Assembly: GCA_964016885.1 (NCBI GenBank)
Contig: OZ024741.1
Location: 113,832,001-113,896,000 of the forward strand
DNA length: 64,000 nt
Origin: Eledone cirrhosa
Lineage: Eukaryota
Direction of reading: 5' to 3'
The translations under genes were made by a program, and so were the position numbers. The notes beneath the pieces are model-generated. The model ran no database searches. It saw only the letters and a program-made list of their open reading frames with translations, and had not been told where the DNA came from. Position 1 is the stretch's first letter, and each line of letters opens with the position of its first letter. Shown piece by piece: positions 25,198-36,576 of this stretch.

Positions 25198-25203
<6 letters not shown>
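24821..25203. repeat. Near-perfect ~380-bp palindrome with essentially no spacer
   Basis: Arms ~190 bp meeting at ctctaatc-a-gattagag (~25011); only a few mismatches; abuts (TA)n at ~25203. Confidence 0.95.
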
Positions 25204-25242
<39 letters not shown>

Positions 25243-25311
25243 AGGTGTTTATATATTTTTATATTTTTATATGTATATATATGTGTGCATGTATGTACGT
25301 ATATATATATA

Positions 25312-27394
25312 TATCCTCTAATAAAGTTATCTTCGACGCCAATGCCAATTACTATAATAATGCGCTTTCCAAAGCCGGTTATCCTGATGAAATTAAATAC
25401 AGTAAAGAAACAAATCATCGAAGGACTTATAGTAAAATAGTTAATTATGAACATTCCAATAACTTAAATAAAAGACCTAGATACAAAATTATGATTTGGT
25501 ATAATGCTCTTTTTTCTCTATCTATTACTAGTAATATTCCTAAACTATTCTTTAGGGCCTTAGATAAATGCTTCCCTGCCTCGCATACTTATAGGAAGAT
25601 CTTTAACAAACATACAATCAAATTCTCTTATTCTACCACTTCCAACATCTCTAACATTATCTCTAAACACAATAATAAAATATTAAATAATAATAGCAAT
25701 AGTAAACCCAACGTCAATGTTAACTCTAGGCTAGATTCAGTAAATTTAAATACGATGTCAAACGTAACTTCGTTGAATGTTCATAACACCAATCTAAATC
25801 AGGAAACTATAGTTCCTATCGTAAATAATTTCTCCAATCCAATTCCTTCTATAAATAATACTAGGTTAATAACTCTGTTAATTTCTCTGATCGTAATTGT
25901 AATTGCTCTGGTAGAACTAAATGTCCTCTTAATAACCAATGTCTTAATAAAAACTTAGTGTATGAATGCAAGGTTATAACTGATACTAATTCTTTTACCT
26001 ATTTGGGTTCCACTTCCACTTCCTTTAAAGCAAGATTTTATAATCACAATTCGTCTTTTAAATACCAACTTAAAAGAACTAACACGGTACTCTCGGAACT
26101 CATATGGTCCTTGAAAGACAAAAATATTAACTATAACATCTCTTGGAGGAATGTTTGCAACGCCTTTCCTTACCGAAATTTTTCCCTATCCAGAACATGT
26201 AATCTCTGCCTAGCCGAGAAATTTACCATTATATCTAATTTTAATTCTATAATAAATAGATGTACGGATTTATTTTCGCTCTGCTTGCATAAATCCCATA
26301 GAACTTTCCATAAAGTATACAGCTAATATCTCAATACCTAATTAGTTTAAAATCTTCTTTTCTCATATGCTTTTATATATTTTACAAATATACCCATCTT
26401 TCTACCTTATTTCATTCAGTATATTATATTATACAATTTACTCATTCTATGTCGTTAACGGTCCCCTACCTTTCTTCTTTTTATCCTTTTTCTTTTCTTC
26501 CTTTTTTCTTTTTTAATTTCTAATCTTTAATCTCAATTACTTCTTAATTCATATTATTACTCACTATAGCATCTTCCATTTTTCCTTATATTCTTGACCA
26601 TACAAACTATATTTTTTTAATATGTAATAATATTACCATTAGTAAATTTTTGTAAACATATATACTTTTTGCCGTTATATATATTTTTTCCTCCCTAAAT
26701 TTTTCTTCTTTCTTCTTTCCTTCCGTGCTCGTATTAAACCTATTATTTACTTTTACATATTACAATACATTAAAACAAACTTAAACCCTAACTAATTCCT
26801 CTAAGTTCATAATTCATTCAATCTCTCCTTCTTTCACATTATATCCTTAATATTTTTATTTTAATAATACATATTAATAAATTCTTTTTTTCGCACATAT
26901 TATTAAACCCTTCAATATATAAACCTTAAATAAATACTATGCTTAATTCCTTTTTCTTTAATCATAAACATCACCATTCATAAACCTCATTAACTTTTAA
27001 TTTCAAATCTTTTTAAATTATCTATTATCTTTCAACGGTTTTTAATTTCTCTCTGTGAGACAATGGTTTCTCAATTGTAAAGGCTATTTCTCTCTCTCTA
27101 TCACTCATTTCTCCTCCTCTCTCATCCTTCCTTCTTATACTCCTTCTCCGTTATCCTTTATTTTCTTTCTTCCTCTTCCTTACCTCCCCCCCCCTCCTTT
27201 TTCCCCATCCTATCCATCTTATTTTATTTTTCATATTTTGATTTAATACTTCACTGATCGCAAGTGTTTTTTAAGCTTCATATCATGTCTCCCTATTTTA
27301 TCTGATGAGAACGCAAATATCATCCCATGATGATATTTGTTTTTGAAATGCGCATAATAAAATACTTGGAACTCTTTTAACCATCTTTTGATCT

Positions 27395-27400
<6 letters not shown>
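25312..27400 (+). mobile_element. 5'-truncated Penelope-like element: linker, Cys finger and GIY-YIG, long AT-rich 3' region ending in a hammerhead repeat
   Basis: YYNNALSKAGY, IWYNALFS, IFNKHTIKFSYS; frameshifted CNCSGRTKCPLNNQC-LVYEC...TYLGST...CNLCLAEK...CLH (25958-26326). Confidence 0.9.
27294..27364 (+). ncRNA. Type-I hammerhead ribozyme in the Penelope terminal repeat
   Basis: tattttat-CTGATGA-gaacgcaaatatcatc cca tgatgatatttgttttt-GAAA-tgcgca-TA-ataaaata; palindromic helix III. Confidence 0.85.
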
Positions 27401-27430
<30 letters not shown>

Positions 27431-27491
27431 GTGTGTATGTGTTTTTATTTATATATGGGTGTATGTGTGTATATACGTGTATATATGTGTT

Positions 27492-27532
<41 letters not shown>

Positions 27533-27551
27533 GTGTGTGTATGTGTGTATA

Positions 27552-27611
<60 letters not shown>

Positions 27612-28342
27612 AGTATAAGAGAGTATTGAAGTTTACTTGAAGCATTGTGGAATAATAAAATATATTTTCTTTAGGTCGTTTTGGAAGCCTCAACAATGCA
27701 GATGGGTAATTCTCCGGGTAACAAGATCCGGTGGTGGAGAGAGAGATGAAAGTGAATGTAGAACGAGGTGTATAGTGTGTAGAAGAACGTAGGAAAGAGC
27801 GTAAAAAATAAAAATAATAACACGAGATAGAGTTACCTTGGGAGAGATTTAATTGTCCCTATATATTTCGGATTCACACCCATCAACTGCGGTTTTTTCC
27901 GGGGAGGGAGGAGGTTATCTGTCGTATAGGTGCGAAACGTGTCCTCCGCTGTTCGTTGTTTTGAATATCTGAGGTATTCAGCAGAGCGCGTGCGCGCATG
28001 TAATGGGGTCGGTCAAGCAGAGGTCGGCAGCCGGAATAGTTCTTTAGTTCTTTTAATTGTGGGAGTGGGGTAGCGTTAGCTGTCAATCCATTGTATTATC
28101 CGCCCGTGCTAGTTTCAGTATTAGCAGTGATGAATAGTGTGTGGTGGTGGTAGTATTCTCTGGCTGTTTGATGAATGCTACTGTGTGTGTGTGTGCGTGC
28201 GCGTGTGTTGTTGCCTCGCTTGTGTGTATGTGCGTGTGTTGTTGCCTCGTTTGTCTGTATATATATATATATATATGTGTGCGTGTGTATGTGTGTATGT
28301 ATGTGTATGTATATGTGTGTATATAGATATATATATGTGTGT

Positions 28343-28381
<39 letters not shown>

Positions 28382-28991
28382 TATATATATATTTGTGTGT
28401 GTGTCTATGTATGTATATATATATACATATATATATATATATACATATGTGTGTGCGCGTATGTATGTACACATATTTGTATGTATGTGTATATATATGT
28501 GTTTATATTTGTATATGTGTATGTGTGTATGTACCATTATGTATGTTTGTTGTGTGTGTGCCTGCCTGGGTGTGCGTGCGTGTATGTGTGTGTACGTGTG
28601 TAAGTGGGCGAGTGTTTGAATGTGCTTGTCAACACCTGGAATATATATTAAGAGAAACTGCACAATAAAGGGAATCACCCCAACACTTGAATCTGTTGTT
28701 GGAACCCGCTCTGCCTTTGTCACCCTTATTCCAGCCTTAAAGAATTAGCTTCTAAAGAATTTCCCCTTTCTTTAAACCATTGAATGATAAACTAGGATTG
28801 GTATTCCAAATATGATTTTGTTTACAGTATTCTTCCTGCCTTTGTTAATACTATAGCTTTAAAGAATTAGCTTTTAATGAACTCCATTTTCTTTAAATCC
28901 TTCAACCAATGACCTCCACCCATCCCAATCGCCACCCTCTCCTACCACCAGAAAAAAAAAGATATAAATACCACTACTTACTTGGGCAGCC

Positions 28992-29042
28992 AGCTCCCTG
29001 ATGATTTCTCATGAATGAATCAGTTCTTGTCCTGTAGAAGCT
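28992..29042 (+). ncRNA. Hammerhead motif (paralogue of 21834-21884; GAAA mutated to GAAT)
   Basis: agctcc-CTGATGA-tttctcatgaat-GAAT-cagttcttgtcctg-TA-gaagct. Confidence 0.55.
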
Positions 29043-29201
29043 ATATATATATATAAATATATATATTTATGTATACATACATACATATGTATATATGTAC
29101 ATAATATAAATATATATATATACATACATATGTATATATATACATAGATATATATATAGATATATATATATATATACATACATATATATATATACATATA
29201 A

Positions 29202-29232
<31 letters not shown>

Positions 29233-29317
29233 CATACATATATACATATATATATATATACATACATATATACATACATACATGCATATAAATATATATA
29301 AATATATATATATATAC

Positions 29318-29394
<77 letters not shown>

Positions 29395-29422
29395 AGTGTG
29401 TATATATATATATACATATATA

Positions 29423-29461
<39 letters not shown>

Positions 29462-29471
29462 TAGATAGATA

Positions 29472-32400
29472 TGTTTCTTTTATTTGCCACCAGGGCATCA
29501 AAAGTTGGACAAGTACAATGGGGGGAGTTTACAAAACAAGGCGTCCTCAATAAGGAGGAGGCAATAACAATATATAAAAATAAAATAAAATATAACAAAA
29601 ATAAAATTTATAAGAAAGTCCTCAATAGAGAGGAGGCGCCTTGTGGGGGTCGCACACACCCCCGAAAAAAGTGTGCAACCCTTCTCCTCAGGAGCACAGA
29701 GAAGGGGTGCTCCCTTGGTCTTTCATCTTCCTCACCTATAGTCTGATGTAGAGTGAAGGCCCATTCACACGGGCCATTCTCGCCACTTTCACCCATCTTT
29801 CATAGAAACGGCTGGGGTGCAGCACCTCTCTCTCCATCCTGATCCTTCTTCCGAAATGATATCGGAAGAAACGGACCAGTTGTTGGCCAGAGAGAAAGGT
29901 GTCTGACCTCAGTCCTTTCAGACGCGTCCACCATACAACCTCTTTCGCCATGGCTATTACGCACAGAAACACCGCCTCTCCTTCGTTTTTGAAGAGGGGA
30001 GGCGGCTTGATCGTTACAATAGACTCGGTGGTCAACCGGATCGGTCCCACCCTTGAGAGCAGTTGTTCGACATAGCCCCACAGATCGGCAATGCCCGAGC
30101 AGTGTACCAATGCGTGTGCAACGGTTTCCTCGTCGCACACGCATCTGGCACAGATCTTTTTCGATGGGTCCCTACCCGGGCGCCCGTGTCTGTAGAGCCT
30201 TTCTCGAACGGGCAGAGCCCTTCTGTAGCATTGCCAGGCCAGGGACCTCTAGAAGTTATCTATGGGTCCCGGGCTGAATGTCCTACCGAACAGGTTGGCC
30301 AGTTCGTCTTCCTCCATGCCTAGGGCTTCTCCGAGGGCGTCGTCGCACCTGCTAACCACCAGCCCTCTATAGAATGACGAGGTGGATTCTCCACTGACAG
30401 CCGGGTCCGCCTGCCAGAGAGCCGTGAGCGCCTGGGCACACTCGGTGTACCAGGCGCCCAGTTTTCTCGGTCTTTTCTTGACCCAGGATTGCAGCTCGGT
30501 GAGTGAGATGAGTCTGGGAAAGGCTCGCCTCACAAACGGGGCCCACACCGGTTGACCGGAGAGGAATACCTGAAGGTGCCGTAGCCTTAATGCGTGTTTA
30601 CTTATCATTAGCCACGGCATCCCCAGCCCTCCTTTCGAAGGGTGTTGACAGCAGATGGATCTCCTCACCATAGGAGTCCGCTTCTTCCAAAGGAATTGGA
30701 AGAGTGCGCGCTCCATTTTGGCGAGCGTTTCCCTTGGGCAAGGCACAACGGTCAGGCGGTAGTAGATGACGGACGCTATATAAGTGTTCGCCACCTCCGC
30801 CCGACCTTTCAGGGACAGTTTGCACTCGGCCCACTTCTGGGTCAGTGCAAACACCCTGTTCGTCACCTCACCCCAGTTCTTCTCCACCTGGAGGTCTGGT
30901 CCGAACCAGACCCCGAGCAACTTCACCGGGCCCTCCGTCCAGTGCCCGACGACGCCATCGGAGGGCATCGATCTGCCCCTCCACGTGCCGAGTTGCAGAC
31001 CGATCGACTTGTCCCGGTTCAGCTTAGCCCCTGTAAACCTTTCGTACTCCTCCAGTAAGGTGCCGATCGCCCCGATTTCCGAGGCCGTCGACACCATTAC
31101 TGTTACGTCATCGGCGTAGGCTGACACCGCTTTCCGCAATCCCGGTTCCAACGGGATGCCCTGCAACAACTCCAACTTCCGCAGCAGTGGCTCTAGAGTC
31201 ATTACATACAGAAGGGAGGAGAGAGGGCACCCCTGTCGGATGGACCGCGCGATTTCGAACGGCTCCGAGAGGTAGCCGTTCACCTTGACCCTAGAGCAGA
31301 TGCGGCTGCTGTTCATGGCATTGATCCAGCCCCTGAAAACGGGTCCGAAGCCTGCCGCCGCTAGCACCGCATCCAGGTAACCATGGTCGACTCTATCGAA
31401 TGCCTTAGATTGATCCAAGTTGATCAGGGCCCCACCAAAGCCGGGTTCGTTCCCAACACTCTCTATGATGTATCGCATGAGGTGGAGGTTATCGTGGATG
31501 GACCTGGACGGGATAGCACATGTCTGCGCATCTCCCACCAGGTTGCCCACGACAAGTGCCAACCTCTTTGCTAGCACCTTGGCTAAAATCTATAACTCTG
31601 TATTTAGCAGAGTTATGGGCCTGAAATTATTTATATCGTCCCCCTTGTTCTCGTCCTTCCTCACTAGCGTGACTACGCCCTTGGTCACAGCACAGGGAAT
31701 TCTCCCGTTCTGTTGCCAGTTGCAGTAGACCGCCTCGAGGAGATCGGGGAACAAGTCCGGCATAGCTAGATATAGTTCGTATTGAAGACCATCGAGACCC
31801 GGGGATTTGCGTTTGCCGCATTGGCTCAGCACGTCCTCTATCTCAGCGGCTGAAATCGGCTCCTCGCAGGACTTCGCCTCCCTGTCCGAGAGACGCGGCA
31901 GGCCGTCGAGGTATGGACCGAAGTCCGCGTCCCCAACCGGCCCCCCGCCCCTTCCGAACAATCCGGCAAAGTGCTTTTGAAAAGCCTCGCACATCTGCTT
32001 AGGTTCAAGGATCACCCGTCCATCCTGGTCTCGCAAAGACCGGATAGTGGATCTGCTCCCTCCTTTGGCTTCTGTCACGCGGGCCCAGCTAACAGCTTTG
32101 GTCCCCTCGTTTCCCAGAGCACGTATTTTGCTTCGGACGATGCAGCCTTCGTGTTTCGCGTCGAAAAACTGGCCCAGGGCCGTTCTCGAGGCTAGCACTC
32201 TGGCCACGCCGCCGCTTCTAATTGCCTCTTCTACACTATCTACCAACTCCCTTTCCTTCCTATTTCTATTGGAGGCTAACTCCTTACTAAATTCCTATAG
32301 AGACTACTCTAATCTCTCTTTTGAGAGATCCCCACCACCTGCTGTTGGCGATGGCGCCCGTCAACCGCTCCTTAACTAAAGTGCTAATCCGGTCCCTGTA

Positions 32401-33008
32401 AGCCTTACTTGCCGGTAAGGACAAGTTGAGCTTCCAGTAACTGGGTCCCTGTCTATGAGTTCTGTCAAGGTTGATCATGCAGGTCACTAACTTGTGGTCT
32501 GAATAGCCAACCATGCGCATTTTTGGACAACTTAAAAAGTCCTTATCCTTAATTCTAACTAAGAACCTATCTAGGTACGACCTAGATGATCCGCTACGAT
32601 TTGCCCAAGTCCAGGTTGGCGCAGTCGGAAAATCTAGTCGATATCTATCGGCCAGGTCAAATCGACCGATTAACCCTTTGATGCTATTACACCCCTCTCT
32701 ATCGGGACAGGCCCCTACATAGTCCCAGCGTGCATCTAGGATACCATTCCAGTCCCCCACTAATAGCAAGGAGCGGGACGTCCCCAGAAAAGCCTCCAGA
32801 CGATGGAAGAAGTCCAGCCGCATTGACCCGAAAGGGCCGTAGGCGGCTACCAACCTAAACGCTCCGCCTTTACCACTGCCAAGGTCCAGAACCACTAGTC
32901 GACCCTCCGGGTCCAAATGTACCATCTGTGTTGCGAGACCCAGATGTTTTTGCAGCAGAACGACAACTCCACCCCCACCTCCGGGCTGACAGAGAGATGC
33001 GTGCATCT
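29472..33008 (-). mobile_element. L1/Tx1-clade LINE ORF2 (APE + RT + C-terminal Zn finger), 5'-truncated and disrupted
   Basis: VGDWNG, SYLDRF, YSDH, YWKLN; SPGLDG, RPITLLN, LDQSKAFDRV, RQGCPLS, AYADD; C..ETVAHALVHC; AATAAA near the 3' end; atagatagatagat on both flanks. Confidence 0.92.
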
Positions 33009-33111
33009 AAATAGATAGATAGATATTTATATGCATGTATGTATATATGTATGTATATATATATATATATATATGTGTGTATATAGGTATGTATGTATAT
33101 ATGTATATATG

Positions 33112-33151
<40 letters not shown>

Positions 33152-33197
33152 TATATGTATTTATATATATATATATGTATGTATATATATATATATA

Positions 33198-35067
33198 TGG
33201 GTCTGTAGGTCACACTATAACCACACGTATTGTTAACCAGGTAATACTAGAAGGTGTCATACCAAATGATTGGTGCAGCAGCATCATTGTCAACTTCTAC
33301 AAAGGTAAAGGTGATGCACTAGATAGAGGAAACTATAGAGGTATATAGCTGATGGACCAGGTCATGAAAGTAACAGAAAGTGTTATAGCACATTTGGTTA
33401 GGGACCGGGTGAAACTAGATGAGATGTAATTTGGGTTTGTACCAGGAAAAGGCACCACTGATGCCCTCTTCCTTGTGAGGCAGTTACAGGAAAAGTACCT
33501 AGCTAAAAGTAAGCCACTCTACCTGGCATTCGTTGATCTCGAGAAAGCCTTTGATAGAGTTCCACGTGCTATAATCTGGTGGCTCTTAGAAAACTAGGAG
33601 AAGATGAATGGCTTGTGAAAGCTGTACAAGCCATGTATAGGGGAGCAGTCAGCAAAGTTAGGATTAGCAATGAGTATAGCGAGGAATTTAGCGTACAGGT
33701 TGGTGTCCACCAGGGCTCTGCTCTTAGCCCTCTCCTGTTCATCATAGTACTGCAGGCAATAACGGAGCAGTTTAAGACCGGATACCCATGGGAACTCCTG
33801 TATGCTGATGACCTTGTACTTATAGCTGAATCTATAGTAGAAATAGAGAAGAAATTCCAAACTTGGAAGCAGGGACTAGAAAGAAAGGGTCTCAAAGTCA
33901 ACCTGACAAAGACTAAGGTCCTTGTAAGTAGACTAGAAAACAGAATCCAGATCCCCTCAGGGAAATGGCCTTCCTCAGTATGTAGGAAAGGTGTAGGTAG
34001 GAACTCCATTCTCTGCCCCAAATGCAAACAATGGGTACACAAGAGATGTAGTGGGATCTCAGGAAGCTTAATTAAGAATGTAGGCTTCACATGTAGCAGC
34101 TGTGCTGGGACAGCAAGCAGCAAACAGCCACAGGAACTAAGTACCACCAATCTCTGGGAGGGCTCTGTAGAAACAGTAGACAGCTTTTGTGACCTAGGTG
34201 ACCGAATTAGCAGCGGAGGTGGGTGTTCAGAAAGTACAATAACTAGGGTAAGAACGGGATGGAAGAAGTTCAGGGAACTACTGCCACTGCTAGCTGCAAA
34301 AGGCTTTTCCCTCAAAATGAAAGGCAGACAGTATGATGCGTGTATCCGAACAGCGATGTTACATGGTAGTGAGACATGGGCGCTGAAGGTTGAAGACTTA
34401 CGTTGATTAGAAAGAAACAAAGCCTGCATGCTCCGATGGATGTGTAATAGTAATATACGCGAACGGCAAAGCATAAATGAATTGAGAGAGAGACTGAGCA
34501 TAAGAGGAAACAAATGCTGTGTGCAGGAGAGGCGGTTATGTTGGTATGGACATGTGATGCGTATGAAGGATGACAGCTACATAAAAACGTGCAGAGCACT
34601 AGAAGTCAATGGAAACCGCGGAGTGGGGACACCCAAAAAGACCTGGGATGAGGTGATAAAAGACAACCTTACCCAATGACACCTCTCAAAGGCGATGACA
34701 CACGACCGTGACCTCTGACGTCACACAGTAATACAGAGTACCCGACCTCCCATGGGTACAAGCTGAAGCATATAGACAATATGCCCCACACTCTCCCACT
34801 GCAAAGTGGTCGTGGAGGTGCCACGGCAAAAAAGCACCCAGCCCACACTGTAAAGTGGACGTGTAGGTGCCACGGAAAAAAGCACCCAGCACTCACTGTA
34901 AATGAGATTGGTATTAGGAAGGGCATCCAGCTGTAGAAATCAAACCAAAATCAGTTCCTGTATGAGCAAGGCATGGTCAGCCAACTAGACACTGCCCACA
35001 ACAGGACAACCCGTCTAACCCATGCTAGCATGGAAGAATGGACGTAAAACGGTGATGATGATGATGA

Positions 35068-35071
<4 letters not shown>
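33198..35071 (+). mobile_element. RTE-A LINE, 5'-truncated with stops and frameshifts
   Basis: Close match to the reverse complement of 8735-10607, including the same 3' UTR and (GAT)n tail. Confidence 0.95.
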
Positions 35072-35163
<92 letters not shown>

Positions 35164-35186
35164 ACATAAATATATATATTTATATG

Positions 35187-35222
<36 letters not shown>

Positions 35223-35358
35223 CAAAAGGGATATTCAATTTGTTGGTAATTCAACAAATATAAATGTTTATAACTGATTCATAGCACTTGACAGGTTTTC
35301 TGGAGTTTAATATTCAATGATATTAAATAAATGGAAACTATATTTATAAAACCATATT

Positions 35359-35419
35359 TATTCTATTATATATATTTCAAGGGTACAGAAACTTTGGTAC
35401 GCCCTCATCAGATAAAATA
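35359..35419 (-). ncRNA. Type-I hammerhead ribozyme (left arm)
   Basis: Minus strand: tattttat-CTGATGA-gggcgtaccaaagtttctgtaccctt-GAAA-tatata-TA-atagaata. Confidence 0.75.
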
Positions 35420-35550
35420 CAAAGTTTGTTTTATAAATGTTGATATAACCAAGAAAAGATACCTTAACGGTTCAAGAAAACTATCCAAGAAAAACTTGAC
35501 TGTTAAAGTATCTTTTCTTGGTTATGTCAACATTTATAAAACAAACTTTG

Positions 35551-35611
35551 TATTTTATCTGATGAGAGTGCACCAAAGTGTTGGTACCCTTGAAATATAT
35601 ATAATAGAATA
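35551..35611 (+). ncRNA. Type-I hammerhead ribozyme (right arm)
   Basis: tattttat-CTGATGA-gagtgcaccaaagtgttggtaccctt-GAAA-tatata-TA-atagaata. Confidence 0.75.
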
Positions 35612-35706
35612 AATATGGTTTTATAAATATAGTTTCCATTTATTTAATATCATTGTATATATATATATTTATATATATATATATTTATACATATATATAT
35701 TTATAC

Positions 35707-35751
<45 letters not shown>

Positions 35752-35822
35752 TATATTTATACATATATGTATTTATACATTCATATATATATTTATACAT
35801 ATATATTTATACATATATACAT

Positions 35823-35884
<62 letters not shown>

Positions 35885-36576
35885 TATATTGTCATTACAG
35901 ATATGTATTTAGGAAATAGAAATGTGTGTGTATATGTTTTTTTCCATGTATGTGACACCACAGACAATTTGGAATCATGCTAATGTCTTCTTTCTAAACA
36001 AAGCAGTTTTTCTGAATAAATTTGAAAAACAAAACGCAATGTAAACAAAAGTTTAATTGAAGACAGAATTAATGGTCTGATGGATGGGATCTGCCTAGCT
36101 GGAATACAATGGAATATTAACTGTTTTTTATATATATTTAACAAACATCAGTAAGATTGTTGACCCTAGTAGATATTCTTGGTTAATATTCTAAGTTTCA
36201 GGAAAAAGAGGAGGATAACAATGCAGTTTTCTAGAATGTGATATAGTAAAATTTTTTAGGCGCCATTAATATAACATCCAATGATAGCTGAATTGTCTCG
36301 CAATATAGTTGAAACTTATATTTTAACCCTTTAGCACACACTTGTATTTTTGCAGTAAAGGCTTTATTTCACATAATTATTTAACATAATATTTAATCTA
36401 TAAGATTTTGGTGTTATTTATTTCAAGAACAATACTTTAATATCAGTATAAGTGGCCAGTTACAACTGGTTTGAACAGAAAGAAGTGAGAGAATTCTGAC
36501 CAGACACGGCCAGTTTAAATGCTAAAGAGTAAAACATTGCTCAGTTGCTAAAATATATCATCATAAACATATATAT

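Larger units (their letters stand above)
35315..35655. repeat. 340-bp palindrome (arms ~160 bp, spacer ~18 bp) carrying two hammerheads
   Basis: caatgatattaaataaatggaaac...ggttcaag / cttgactg...gtttccatttatttaatatcattg; abuts (TA)n at 35656. Confidence 0.95.

Noticed and set aside
27905-27950. GAAACgtGTC with flanking ggag/ctcc pairing, and a weak GIY-YIG-tail-like ORF at 27883-28086
   Set aside because: No CUGANGA core, and the protein resemblance is too weak to call.
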